Assembly: GCA_050950505.1 (NCBI GenBank)
Contig: JBMNHS010000001.1
Location: 256,001-320,000, forward strand
Reading direction: 5' to 3'
Length of the DNA: 64,000 nucleotides
DNA from: Candidatus Methanomethylophilaceae archaeon
GTDB lineage: Archaea; Thermoplasmatota; Thermoplasmata; Methanomassiliicoccales; Methanomethylophilaceae
Shown: in pieces, positions 38,766 through 48,516 of the stretch
How positions within the stretch are numbered: the stretch's first letter is position 1
Layout of the letters: every line of letters begins with the position of its first letter
Program-made: the position numbers and the translations under genes
Notes under the pieces: model-generated
What the model was told of the DNA's origin: nothing
The model's input: only the letters and a program-made list of their open reading frames with translations
Database searches by the model: none

Positions 38766-38908
38766 TTTGACGGTTTTATCGTCCGCTCGGCATCTTCAAT
38801 GCGTCTTAGTGTTTCTTCAGAACGAAAGCCGATTTCTTCCTGTCCTCTTCGGAAAGAACGGAATCTGCCGCGCATAATGAAAGACTTCATTGAATCCGGG
38901 AAATATTT

Positions 38909-39994
38909 TCACAGAACCGTCAGGGACTTGTCGAAGGACGTCAGTCTCTCGGCCCCGCCTTTCTTCACCAAACAGGTATCCTCGATTCTTATTCCTCCGA
39001 CGTTCGGAAGATAGATTCCGGGTTCGGCGGAAACCACATTCCCCTCTCTCAGAATCTGTTCCGATTTGCTGTAAACGGAGATTCCTTCGTGAATGTTCAT
39101 TCCCAGACCGTGACCGAAGGTATGAATCATTTTTCCTCTGAACTCTCCGGCATCGATTATCTCTCTGGCACGTACATCGGCATCCGCGGCGGAAGCACCG
39201 TCTCTGTAACACAGAAATCCTTCTTCCTGGGCTTCCCTGACGACTTCGTAAGCTCTTTTCAGAACTTCGGGAGGTTCACCGAAAAACACCGTTCTCGTCA
39301 GGTCCGAACAGTACATTGAGTATTTCGAACCGAAATCAAAAAGTGCCGTATCCCCGCGCTCAAGTTTCCGGTCCGTGGGGGAGTGATGGGGCATGGAGGA
39401 ATTCGGACCGAAGGCCGCGATGGTTTCAAAGGCGTTCCCGTCCCCTCCCCGTTCCCGCATTCTTCTGTCGATTTCGGCGGCGGCTTCCTTTTCGGTCATG
39501 CCCGCTTTGAGAATCTCCGGGATCTCCCCGGCGACGGTTGAGGTTATTTTGCAGGCTTTCCTCATGATTTCTATTTCTTTTTCGTCTTTGACCGCAACAG
39601 TCTCTTCGATGCCTTTTGTCACGTCAACGGGATTTGCGTCAGCTGTTTTTCTCACGTACTCGACGCCGGCGTAGGAAACGCTGTTGGTGTTGAATCCGAC
39701 GTTCTTGCAGCCGCGGAGAAGATCTTTCAGAATGCCGTCTCTGTGTTTCCTGTTTTCATACACATGACAGGTTCCTTTTCCCAGAGCTGCCCCTTCGGCT
39801 TCCAAAGGACTGACTATGGTGTTCAGTTCCCCGTCCCTTACGACGGCGATGCCGCCTTCGAAGGTTCCGGAAAACAATTCCGTGAGATACCAGTAAGTGG
39901 TGTCCAAGAACTGATTCTGTCCGTTCACTATCACCACCGCGTCCGCGTCCGGAGTGTTCAACGTGAGCCTTTCGGCCCGAGGCGTGCGTGACAT
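38909..39994 (-). CDS. Xaa-Pro aminopeptidase (M24)
   Basis: 'DFG..YCSDLTRT', 'HTFGHGLG..IHE', 'EPGIY..GGIRIED'; start at ATG 39994. Confidence 0.93.
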   Translation of the reverse strand: MSRTPRAERLTLNTPDADAVVIVNGQNQFLDTTYWYLTELFSGTFEGGIAVVRDGELNTIVSPLEAEGAALGKGTCHVYENRKHRDGILKDLLRGCKNVGFNTNSVSYAGVEYVRKTADANPVDVTKGIEETVAVKDEKEIEIMRKACKITSTVAGEIPEILKAGMTEKEAAAEIDRRMRERGGDGNAFETIAAFGPNSSMPHHSPTDRKLERGDTALFDFGSKYSMYCSDLTRTVFFGEPPEVLKRAYEVVREAQEEGFLCYRDGASAADADVRAREIIDAGEFRGKMIHTFGHGLGMNIHEGISVYSKSEQILREGNVVSAEPGIYLPNVGGIRIEDTCLVKKGGAERLTSFDKSLTVL

Positions 39995-40005
39995 TTTACC
40001 GGGAA

Positions 40006-40812
40006 TCAGATTGCAATCCAGACGTTCTTGACCAGACTTCTCAAAGCATGGGAAGCCGATAAGGCCGACAGATGGGACGTTCTCGGGTTGTCGGGGGACG
40101 GGATGTTGAATGTTTGGCATTCCGCCCTTCCGAAATCTCCGCTGTACACCAGTTTGTGAGAGTTGCAGGTTGCTTCGGGATCGACCACAATGCGGACTTT
40201 GGTTTTGTCGAAACCTATTCCGAACATGCTGACCGTCGCCGCCACGTTGATGTTCTTGGGGAACAGTTTGACGGCCTCCCTTGCGGTTCCGTAGAAAACC
40301 TCGGTTCTCTCCTTGAGGTCGTCGACGACTATCCCTTTCTCAAGGACGTATTCCACGTCCTCTATGCTCTTGGGACCTTTGGTCGAGATGAGTTCGACGC
40401 TGTCCACGCCGGCTTCGATGGAGGATCTCAGACCGTCCAATCCGGATACCGCTCCCGACGGGATGTATATGCAGGCTTCGGCTTCCGACGCTTTCACCAA
40501 AACTTCCTCTCGGAAATCATCGTCCACAAGGGCCCCGACGGACATGACCATCATGTTTACCCCTCTCTCCACGACCACGGGGAGATAGGTTTTGGCGGCT
40601 TCCTGGGATGCCGCTTCGATGACAAGGTCCGAATGATAGAGTTCTTCCTCGACGGATTCCACCACAATGGCCTTTTCCGTCTTTTTCACAAGTTTTTCCG
40701 CCGCGCTGGGCTTACTGTCGAAGATGTAGATCTTGCTCACTTCAGGCATGCTGTCCGCCGTCATGGCCAGACTGGTGCCTATGGACCCGCATCCGATAAT
40801 CAGTATTCTCAT
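40006..40812 (-). CDS. nadX: L-aspartate dehydrogenase
   Basis: 'IGCGSIG', 'EAAS', 'SGAVSGLD', 'FPKNINVA', 'NPRTS'. Confidence 0.93.
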   Translation of the reverse strand: MRILIIGCGSIGTSLAMTADSMPEVSKIYIFDSKPSAAEKLVKKTEKAIVVESVEEELYHSDLVIEAASQEAAKTYLPVVVERGVNMMVMSVGALVDDDFREEVLVKASEAEACIYIPSGAVSGLDGLRSSIEAGVDSVELISTKGPKSIEDVEYVLEKGIVVDDLKERTEVFYGTAREAVKLFPKNINVAATVSMFGIGFDKTKVRIVVDPEATCNSHKLVYSGDFGRAECQTFNIPSPDNPRTSHLSALSASHALRSLVKNVWIAI

Positions 40813-40986
40813 AATCTCTGGAATTATACGGATATATTAAGAACTTGTGTACTATCTCTTTTTAAATCCGTATATCGAAATCCCACCCTGTTTTTAATGC
40901 GGTTACAGCAAAGAAATTACGATTATCGGAACGCCCGTTTTGTTTTGTCCGAAGATTCCTTTAATGGGCCGACCCATTCGGTTGCC

Positions 40987-41394
40987 GTGCACGAGTACGA
41001 GAGGTTGGAACACACGGCGGATGCTTTCGTGAAATGTACCGGCAAGACTTTGGAAGAGTGTTTTGCCAACGCCGCATACGCAATGTTCGATCAGACTTTG
41101 GACCTGAAAGGCGTGGAACCGAAAGAAACCCTTCGCATCGAAACCGACGGCAGGGATTACGAAGAACGTCTGTACAACTTTTTATCGGAATTGCTGTTCA
41201 TCGAAGATACGGAGAGAATGTTCTTTTCCGAATTCAACGTGATGTTTGAGGATGACAGGGTGATCTGCGACGCCGCGGGCGAAGGTTTGGATTTTAACAA
41301 ACATACCGTGAGAACCGAAGTCAAAGCCGTGACGTACCACATGTTGGAAGTCAACGAAAAAGAACTTTACGTCACGGTGCTGTTCGACATATAA
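40987..41394 (+). CDS. archease (tRNA ligase cofactor)
   Basis: 'EHTAD', 'EVKAVTYH', C-terminal 'LFDI'; start reassigned to GTG 40987. Confidence 0.93.
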   Translation: MHEYERLEHTADAFVKCTGKTLEECFANAAYAMFDQTLDLKGVEPKETLRIETDGRDYEERLYNFLSELLFIEDTERMFFSEFNVMFEDDRVICDAAGEGLDFNKHTVRTEVKAVTYHMLEVNEKELYVTVLFDI

Positions 41395-41423
41395 TAAAAT
41401 ACAGAGATAGGAGTTAAGGGTCG

Positions 41424-42245
41424 ATGTTGAAGATAGGCTGGTTCTCGACGGGGAGAGGTCCCGGTTCAAGAAACCTGCTCAGAGCCGTAATGGATGAGAA
41501 GGAAAAAGGGAACTTGGATATCGAAATATCTTTTGTGTTCTGCAATTGGGACAATACGGAAACCGACAATCCCCGCAAAGACCAGAGAGAAATTTTCTTC
41601 GATATGGTCAAAGGATACGGCATCCCCCTGATCACATGTTCCTGGAAGAATTTCGAACCGGAACTGAGAAAGGAAGACGAACATTCCTGGAGAATCGAAT
41701 ACGGAAGACTCCTGAGGGAAGAAACCGGAAAATACGGATTCGACCTGGGAATACTTGCGGGATATATGCTCTGGATGGATGACGAAACCTGTGAAACATA
41801 CGATATGATCAATCTTCACCCCGCCCTTCCCGACGGTCCGAAAGGAACCTGGGAAGAAGTCATATGGGAACTCATGAAGGACCGTGCCGAATCCCAGGGT
41901 GCCATGATTCACCTCTGCACCGAAGAGTGGGACCGGGGGGCGCCTCTGACATACTGCGGATTTTCCATCCGCGGCGAAGAATACGATGTTCTTTGGGAAA
42001 ATTTTGAAGAAAAACTGAAAAACGACACTTTGGACGGTATCAAAAAGAAGGAAGGGACCGACGAACCCCTGTTCAGGAAAATAAGGGAAGAGGGGGCAAA
42101 ACGGGAACTTCCCCTGATTGTTTCCACCCTCAGGGCTTTTGCCGACGGCGAGGTTTGCGTCAAAGGCAAAACTCTGTACGCCGGAGACGACAGACTCGGA
42201 GAACCTTACGATCTGACGGAAGAAGTCGATGCTTCCCTGAGGTGA
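41424..42245 (+). CDS. phosphoribosylglycinamide formyltransferase-like protein
   Basis: 'GWFSTGRG', 'LAGYM', 'INLHPALP', 'G.MIH....WDRG'. Confidence 0.8.
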   Translation: MLKIGWFSTGRGPGSRNLLRAVMDEKEKGNLDIEISFVFCNWDNTETDNPRKDQREIFFDMVKGYGIPLITCSWKNFEPELRKEDEHSWRIEYGRLLREETGKYGFDLGILAGYMLWMDDETCETYDMINLHPALPDGPKGTWEEVIWELMKDRAESQGAMIHLCTEEWDRGAPLTYCGFSIRGEEYDVLWENFEEKLKNDTLDGIKKKEGTDEPLFRKIREEGAKRELPLIVSTLRAFADGEVCVKGKTLYAGDDRLGEPYDLTEEVDASLR

Positions 42246-42249
42246 TTCT

Positions 42250-43371
42250 TTGGCTGAATTCGACACTCTGGATGATTTGGGGTTCATAAACGACAAACAG
42301 TTCGTCTGCAGCTGCTGGGGATTCCTTACCAGAAACAACGGAACACGGGACATCTGCGAACGTTTCATAGGGGACGGGGGGCACTTCTTCGATATCATAT
42401 CCCGGTACGATTCCCTCTGCGCTTATGTTTTGGACCGGGAGGACGGGAGGACGGGAAACACCATGAAAATGATCGCCCCGTTCCTGAAAGCTTACGGTGC
42501 GACGGATCTTCAGGTTCACAACATCAGCGCGGAATCCCTGGAACTCATACCCAAGGCGGGACACACCATGCGTTACGCCCTGAACGTGATGCCGACTTTC
42601 ATCACCACCGGTCTGTACGAACATGACGTGATGAACATCTGTGAAGCGTTGGAAATTCCCATGGGAAATCTTACCTGCACGGATCTGAGCCTGGATTCCC
42701 ACGACATGCCCCGACAGGAGGCCAGAGTCCTCAGGGAAAAAATATCCGAGATATCCGCTCTGAGACTGCCCAGGATCGAATATCCGTTGAACGTTCCGAT
42801 GGAACTTGACGAACTGGACGTGAGAATGCTGAAAGTTATGGACGAAATCGGGGAAACCGTCAATTCCCTGGATTCCGCCGGTACGATTATGAGGTCCATG
42901 TCTTCGATAGGCTCCAACGAAAAAGCGTACACCCTTTTGGAAATCAGAAGAAGAACGTCCATAGAACTGGACGGTACGGCGTACATAGGAAGCGACACTT
43001 CCGATTATCAGGCGATGGAACTGGTAAACGAAAGCGGAGGTCTGGCTCTGTCTTTCAACGGAGAGGATTTTGCGGTTCGGGGAAGCAACATCGCCGTCCT
43101 TTCCAACGATTGCACGGTGGCCGCCGTGATTCTTCAGGAATTTTACAACAGCGGCATCGAAGGCGTGTTGGATCTGGCCGAGAACTGGAACATGGATTAC
43201 ATAGAAAGCAGAAGCTTTTCGGATCCTTACCTGGTGGAGGCCATGCTCAGAGAGAATCCCAAGAAACTCCCCGAAGTCTACGCCGTTAACAAAGGCAATG
43301 TGGACGAAATCGCAAAGAAAAGCGCGGCTTACCGGAAAAAGATACTCGGATTCCGGACAAGATACCCGTGA
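42250..43371 (+). CDS. EhaR-like HAD-superfamily protein (degenerate motif I)
   Basis: 'ISRYD', 'GNTMKMIAPFL', 'YIGSDTSD', 'SFNG' resemble the EhaR/HAD family. Confidence 0.7.
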   Translation: MAEFDTLDDLGFINDKQFVCSCWGFLTRNNGTRDICERFIGDGGHFFDIISRYDSLCAYVLDREDGRTGNTMKMIAPFLKAYGATDLQVHNISAESLELIPKAGHTMRYALNVMPTFITTGLYEHDVMNICEALEIPMGNLTCTDLSLDSHDMPRQEARVLREKISEISALRLPRIEYPLNVPMELDELDVRMLKVMDEIGETVNSLDSAGTIMRSMSSIGSNEKAYTLLEIRRRTSIELDGTAYIGSDTSDYQAMELVNESGGLALSFNGEDFAVRGSNIAVLSNDCTVAAVILQEFYNSGIEGVLDLAENWNMDYIESRSFSDPYLVEAMLRENPKKLPEVYAVNKGNVDEIAKKSAAYRKKILGFRTRYP

Positions 43372-43387
43372 ACCGAAAGAAGTGTAA

Positions 43388-43463
43388 TGGTGCTCCCGTC
43401 GGGATTTGAACCCGAGTGTCGGCCTCGAAAGGGCCGAATGATTGGCCGCTACACTACAGGAGC
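43388..43463 (-). tRNA. tRNA-Glu(TTC), CCA encoded
   Basis: Anticodon arm CGGCC-CTTTCGA-GGCCG. Confidence 0.95.
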
Positions 43464-43581
43464 GTACGCCGTCAATAATTGAAGATAGATAAAAAAGTTT
43501 GTATCTTTTTAAGGGTTTTCTTTAATTCTTATCTTAAAAAATGTGAAATCATTAATATAAAGATGCAAGCATAGGTCAGGT

Positions 43582-43911
43582 ATGGCAATGAAAACGGTAC
43601 CGGTCGACGGTGAAGAAGATGTATCGCGTATTCGCATGCCCAACATAAAAGAGGGCGAGATGTTCGGAATAGCCGACCAGCTTTTGGGGGCCTCCAAAAT
43701 CCGCGTGATGTGCGAGGACGGAGTATCCAGAATGGGTCGCATTCCGGGAAAAATCAAAAAACGCATGTGGATCAGGGAAGGAGACCTTTTGATTGTATCC
43801 GTATGGGATTTCCAGCCCGACAAATGCGATATTAAATTCAGATACACAAGAACCCAGGCAATGAACCTCAGCAGAAGGAACAGGATCCCCAAGTCCATTG
43901 ACATATTCTGA
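43582..43911 (+). CDS. eif1a: translation initiation factor aIF-1A
   Basis: 'LLGAS', 'RIPGKIKKRMWIREGD'. Confidence 0.96.
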   Translation: MAMKTVPVDGEEDVSRIRMPNIKEGEMFGIADQLLGASKIRVMCEDGVSRMGRIPGKIKKRMWIREGDLLIVSVWDFQPDKCDIKFRYTRTQAMNLSRRNRIPKSIDIF

Positions 43912-43923
43912 GGTTGAAGCGAC

Positions 43924-44706
43924 ATGGCCTCCTACGATGAGATTTACTCCTACATGGAGAAACATGTCGATGCTTTGAAAACAGACCGAACGGGGGATGA
44001 GAGGCAGACCGAGGGCGAAGTCTTCGACAGAAGAACCCTGATGGTTCTCTACAACTTCATGACCTCCGGAATCATCGACACCGTCCAGTACCCCATTTCC
44101 ACCGGCAAGGAAGGAAATGTCTTTTACGCGGAAGATCCGGACGGGGCGCCTTTGGCTCTGAAAATATTCAGAACCTCCACCGCGACTTTCAAAAGAATCG
44201 CAAGATACATCGACGGAGATCCGAGATTCAAAGGGATGACCGGGAACCGGGTCAAAACAATTTATACCTGGACTCAAAAAGAGTTTCAGAATCTTCACCG
44301 TTATGCCAATGCCGGACTGAGGGTGCCGGAACCCGTGGCCCGTGAGAAAAACTGCCTCGTGGAGGAATTCATCGGCGACGGCACGGGTCCCGCGCCTCAG
44401 ATAAAAAACGCCGAACTCGAAAATCCTACGGAAACTTACGAAGAAATAGTGTCCTTCATCGTGAAGGGCTGGAAAGAAGCCCGTTTGGTTCACGGCGATT
44501 TGAGTGAATATAATATACTGATGTCCGATGAAGGCCCGGTGGTAATAGACTGCGGACAGGCGATGGACACCGAATCCTACGGTGCCGTCGAACTTCTTGA
44601 AAGGGACATTGCCAACGTAAACAGATTCTTCGGACTCAGAAACGCGGATGTGTTGGAATCCGAAGAGATAATGAAAATGATATTCGACAAAGAACAGGAG
44701 GAGTGA
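43924..44706 (+). CDS. rio1: RIO1-type serine kinase
   Basis: 'ISTGKEGNVF', 'YIDGDPRF', 'LVHGDLSEYNIL', 'ID.GQA'. Confidence 0.95.
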   Translation: MASYDEIYSYMEKHVDALKTDRTGDERQTEGEVFDRRTLMVLYNFMTSGIIDTVQYPISTGKEGNVFYAEDPDGAPLALKIFRTSTATFKRIARYIDGDPRFKGMTGNRVKTIYTWTQKEFQNLHRYANAGLRVPEPVAREKNCLVEEFIGDGTGPAPQIKNAELENPTETYEEIVSFIVKGWKEARLVHGDLSEYNILMSDEGPVVIDCGQAMDTESYGAVELLERDIANVNRFFGLRNADVLESEEIMKMIFDKEQEE

Positions 44707-44709
44707 ATC

Positions 44710-45246
44710 GTGAGAACCGTCAGAATAGCCGCGGACCGGGTCGGCGCGCTTGTGGGAAAATCCGGAGAAACAAAAAAGATGCTGCAGAGAGTGTCGGGTC
44801 TGGAACTTGATATTTCCAAGGACGGGGTCGTTGTCATAAACAGACGCGAAGACGGAGATCCTCTCATGGAACTGAGCCTTGCGGACGTTGTCAAAGCCAT
44901 CGGACGCGGTTTCAATCCCGAAAAAGCCCTGCGGCTTCTGGAAGATGACGAATACCTGGAAATCATAGATTTGAAAGAGTACGTTTCCGACAAACAGATG
45001 ATGAGAGTCAGAGGGAGATTGATCGGAAAGGAAGGAAAAACCAGGAAGATCATCGAAGACCTCACTCTCTGTGACATGATCATCTACGGAAACACCGTGG
45101 GACTCATAGGAAACTCCATAAGCCTCCCGGTGGCAAAACATGCCGTCGACATGCTGATCAACGGCAGCGAACACTCCAGCGTTTACGGGTATCTGGAAGG
45201 CCAGAGGCCCCGACTGAGAATTTCCGAAATGGGATTCGATCTCTGA
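44710..45246 (+). CDS. KH-domain ribosome biogenesis protein (Dim2/Pno1-like)
   Basis: 'AIGRGFNPE', 'RGRLIGKEGKTR', 'GSEHSSVY'; aIF1A-rio1-KH synteny. Confidence 0.92.
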   Translation: MRTVRIAADRVGALVGKSGETKKMLQRVSGLELDISKDGVVVINRREDGDPLMELSLADVVKAIGRGFNPEKALRLLEDDEYLEIIDLKEYVSDKQMMRVRGRLIGKEGKTRKIIEDLTLCDMIIYGNTVGLIGNSISLPVAKHAVDMLINGSEHSSVYGYLEGQRPRLRISEMGFDL

Positions 45247-45256
45247 GGTTTTTGAC

Positions 45257-46492
45257 ATGGACGATTGGGTTTCCGGAAATTTGGACAAAGCCGAAGGGCT
45301 TGCCGAGAAGGGATTGTGCGACCGTTGTTTGGGTCGGATGTTCGGAAAGGAAGGAACGGGCATGACCAACGAAACCCGGGGGATCATGCTCAGGGAAGCG
45401 TTGAAGGAATCCGGTAAAGACCTCCCGGCAAAGAATCCCTGCACTCTGTGCGGGAACGTTTTCGATTTGTTGCCCAGATTCGCTGAAACCGTTGCGGAAG
45501 CCGTGAAGCCTCTGGAAACGGAAAACTTCCTGATAGGCACGAAAGTCGACCCTTTCATAACCGAAGCCGAAAAGAAACTTGTCGAAGAGTTCGGACTTGA
45601 ACACAGCGAGATGATAAAATCCGAGCTGAACAGAGAAATAGGAAAACTGGCCGGCCCCATGATCGGCCGTCCGGTGGAATTCGACGGACCCCATGTGGTT
45701 GCCTGCATAGACACCCGTTTCGCGGACGTGGATTTGGACATCAAGCCTCTTTTCATCGCGGGACGTTACAATAAATTCAGCAGGGAAATCCCTCAGACCA
45801 AATGGCCCTGCAGAGAATGCAGGGGAAGAGGATGCGAACGCTGCAACCACATCGGAAAAATGTATCCCACTTCCGTTCAGGAAATCATCGGAGACATCGC
45901 GTTGGAAATGGCCGGAGGGGAGGAGCACTTCTTCCACGGCATGGGAAGGGAAGACGTGGACGCGCTCATGCTTGAGGACGGGCGTCCCTTCGTCCTGGAA
46001 ATCAGCGGTCCCGTCAAGAGAAGCATAGACCTGAAAGAACTGGAAGAAAGAGCCAACATGTCGGAACTGGCAGGATACAATTCTTTGCACTTCACCGAGC
46101 GGGAAACCGTCAGGGAATACAAAGGCGCCACCCCCGACAAGGTCTATCGCGCACGCGTAAAAGCAAAGAGCAAAGTTAATAAACAGGAACTAATTGATGT
46201 AGCACTGACGTTCAAAGACGTCTGCATCGACCAACGGACCCCAAACAGGGTAATGCACAGACGTGCCGACCTTGTGAGACGGAGAGGAATACGTTGGGTC
46301 GAGGCGGAACCGGTCGACGATTATACCTTCGACCTTACACTTGAGACCGAAGCCGGGACATATGTGAAAGAGTTCGTTTCCGGCGATGAGGGAAGGAGCC
46401 TGCCAAACTTCTCCGACTCTCTCGGGATTCCCTGTGTAGTCAGCGAATTGGACGTGTTGGCAATCAAATATAACAAATCAGAGCGTGAATGA
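45257..46492 (+). CDS. pus10: tRNA pseudouridine(54/55) synthase Pus10
   Basis: 'LCDRCLGR', 'IPQTKW', 'HGMGREDVD', 'QRTPNRV', 'GTYVKE'. Confidence 0.95.
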   Translation: MDDWVSGNLDKAEGLAEKGLCDRCLGRMFGKEGTGMTNETRGIMLREALKESGKDLPAKNPCTLCGNVFDLLPRFAETVAEAVKPLETENFLIGTKVDPFITEAEKKLVEEFGLEHSEMIKSELNREIGKLAGPMIGRPVEFDGPHVVACIDTRFADVDLDIKPLFIAGRYNKFSREIPQTKWPCRECRGRGCERCNHIGKMYPTSVQEIIGDIALEMAGGEEHFFHGMGREDVDALMLEDGRPFVLEISGPVKRSIDLKELEERANMSELAGYNSLHFTERETVREYKGATPDKVYRARVKAKSKVNKQELIDVALTFKDVCIDQRTPNRVMHRRADLVRRRGIRWVEAEPVDDYTFDLTLETEAGTYVKEFVSGDEGRSLPNFSDSLGIPCVVSELDVLAIKYNKSERE

Positions 46493-46493
46493 G

Positions 46494-46787
46494 ATGAAAG
46501 CATCTAAAGGACCAAGGACGAATACCCGCTACAAGCTCCAGAAGAAACCCAGGAACCGCGGTCTTTCCCCTATCACCAGAGGTCTCCAGACTTTTGAGTC
46601 GGGAGAGAAGGTCAACATAGTTATTGACCCCAGCGTGCACAAAGGAATGCCGTTCTCCAGATTCCACGGTCTCACCGGAGTCGTTATCGGATCCAGAGGG
46701 GCGGCTTACGAAGTAAGCGTCAAAACCGGCGACAAATACAAAACCGTTGTCGCAAGACCCGAACACCTCGTAAGAAACGTGAACTGA
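46494..46787 (+). CDS. rpl21e: 50S ribosomal protein L21e
   Basis: '[14 protein letters not shown]', 'RPEHL'. Confidence 0.97.
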   Translation: MKASKGPRTNTRYKLQKKPRNRGLSPITRGLQTFESGEKVNIVIDPSVHKGMPFSRFHGLTGVVIGSRGAAYEVSVKTGDKYKTVVARPEHLVRNVN

Positions 46788-46814
46788 ACGGAGCAATGAC
46801 AGGTGGAATTCAAA

Positions 46815-47132
46815 ATGGCTGAAAAATACGTAAGTCTCGCAGAAGTCGGAGAACTTCTTACCTCCGACAAAGAGGCCAGAGGCCTTCTGGTGGTACAGAA
46901 CGCCGCAATGGAACATGCACAGGCGGTCAGCCGTCTCTCCGCGGAGGATACCAGAAACCTCATCGAAGAGTTGAAGGAAGTTCCCCTTGTCACCGATTTT
47001 ACCGCTGTGAAGATAGCGGATGTGCTGCCGAAGTATCCGGTGGACCTTCGTGCAATATTCTCCAAGGAAAGAGTGGTCTTGGAACCCGAGGACTCCCGCA
47101 CCATCTTGGAGATAGTTGCTAAATACCTGTAA
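46815..47132 (+). CDS. rpoF: RNA polymerase subunit F (Rpo4)
   Basis: 'YVSLAEV', 'AVKIADVLP', 'LRAIF'; L21e-rpoF-DUF655-ksgA synteny. Confidence 0.92.
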   Translation: MAEKYVSLAEVGELLTSDKEARGLLVVQNAAMEHAQAVSRLSAEDTRNLIEELKEVPLVTDFTAVKIADVLPKYPVDLRAIFSKERVVLEPEDSRTILEIVAKYL

Positions 47133-47156
47133 CTTGGTACGAGAAGGGGGATCACC

Positions 47157-47705
47157 GTGGAAGAATACGTACGCGTTATTGATTATTTACCGCAGGGCAT
47201 ACCCAGCGGAGGCTATTCCAAAAAGGAGCCTGTATGCTTCGGAGTCGGTGAATCCGAATTCAAATTGTTCGAACTTGTGCCCAAAGCGGGAGCCCGGATC
47301 ACCATGGGCGACCGTGTTTACGTGGGAGAGGACAAATCGAAACGCGAACAGATCGACCATATCCGGAAAAGAGTCGGATACGAGGATCTCACAAGCACCG
47401 CACAGTCCGAACTTGAATACGCGGTGGACGACATTGTCAGAGCCAATCCCGGCAGATACATCAGATTCTACAATGAGGCCGGCCCCATAACAATGCGCAA
47501 ACACGCATTGGAAGAACTTCCCGGACTGGGAAAGAAAAGCATGGACGCCATCCTGAAAGAACGGAACGTTGAGAAATTCAAAAGCTTCGAGGACCTTGCG
47601 GAAAGAGTCCCCGTGGTCAAAAATCCTGAAAAACTCATAATTGAAAGAGTCCTGATGGAAATCTCCGAGAACAACCTCAAACGCTATATCTTTGTTTCAA
47701 GATGA
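47157..47705 (+). CDS. DUF655 family nucleic-acid-binding protein
   Basis: 'EEYVRVIDYLP', 'FKLFELV', 'HALEELPGLGKK'. Confidence 0.9.
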   Translation: MEEYVRVIDYLPQGIPSGGYSKKEPVCFGVGESEFKLFELVPKAGARITMGDRVYVGEDKSKREQIDHIRKRVGYEDLTSTAQSELEYAVDDIVRANPGRYIRFYNEAGPITMRKHALEELPGLGKKSMDAILKERNVEKFKSFEDLAERVPVVKNPEKLIIERVLMEISENNLKRYIFVSR

Positions 47706-48487
47706 AAAATCCGGGGCATCTCATCAGGGAGACCGAACTGGTCCCGAAAAAAGAAAAGGGACAGAACTTTTTGACTGACGGATCCGTGGCCGACCGTCAG
47801 GTGGGTCATGCGGATATTTCCGAAGGGGACAGAATTCTTGAAGTGGGTCCCGGTTTCGGAATACTCACCGAACGCCTGGTCGGAACCGGGGAACTGACCT
47901 GCATAGAGCTTGACGACAAGCTTGCGGAATACATCGGGGACAAATTCGGAGACCGGGTGAGATTGATTCACGGAGACGCCGTGAAAGTGAAATGGCCGGA
48001 ATTTGACGTTTTCGTCAGCAATCTTCCTTACAGCGTTTCAACCCCGATCATATTCAAACTTCTGGAACATGATTTCAGGAAAGCCGTCGTGATGGTCCAG
48101 AAAGAGTTCGCGGACAGAATGGCCGCGGAACCGAACACCAAAGACTATTCGAGGCTGACCGTGGGAATTTATTACAGGGCGGACTGCGAGATTCTTGAAA
48201 AGGTACCGGCCTCCAAATTCAATCCCCGTCCGAAAGTGGATTCCGCCGTGGTATCGCTGACCCCCCGTCCCCCGCCTTTCGAAGTCCTGGACGAAAAACT
48301 GTTTTTTAAAATCGTCAACCTGTGTTTCGGCCAAAGACGGAAAAAAATAGGCACCTCGCTGAAGAAAGCCGGTATCATAGACAAAGACGCGGAACTGCCC
48401 TATCTTGACGAAAGGATTGAAAACCTTACGCCGGAACAGATCGGCGAATTGACGAATGCCGTGACCGCCCATGCGACAAATGTATAA
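47702..48487 (+). CDS. rsmA: 16S rRNA dimethyladenosine transferase
   Basis: 'GQNFL', 'EVGPGFG', 'SNLPY', 'PKVDS'. Confidence 0.95.
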   Translation: MKNPGHLIRETELVPKKEKGQNFLTDGSVADRQVGHADISEGDRILEVGPGFGILTERLVGTGELTCIELDDKLAEYIGDKFGDRVRLIHGDAVKVKWPEFDVFVSNLPYSVSTPIIFKLLEHDFRKAVVMVQKEFADRMAAEPNTKDYSRLTVGIYYRADCEILEKVPASKFNPRPKVDSAVVSLTPRPPPFEVLDEKLFFKIVNLCFGQRRKKIGTSLKKAGIIDKDAELPYLDERIENLTPEQIGELTNAVTAHATNV

Positions 48488-48516
48488 TCTTCCCAAAGAG
48501 ATACAGGGTCGATTCA

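Noticed and set aside
40072-40986. Long N-terminal extensions in the ORF track (archease, rdgB, JAMM 56074, TauE, ThiI-like, L18e, Nfo-like)
   Set aside because: They overlap neighbouring genes or promoters; starts were reassigned to where family motifs begin.
43576-45756. 726-aa minus-strand ORF and other long antisense ORFs (35604-37217, 49665-51146, 18514-19797, 29973-31220, 61019-62218)
   Set aside because: They shadow well-supported genes, carry no recognisable motifs, and are expected from codon usage that makes antisense stops rare.
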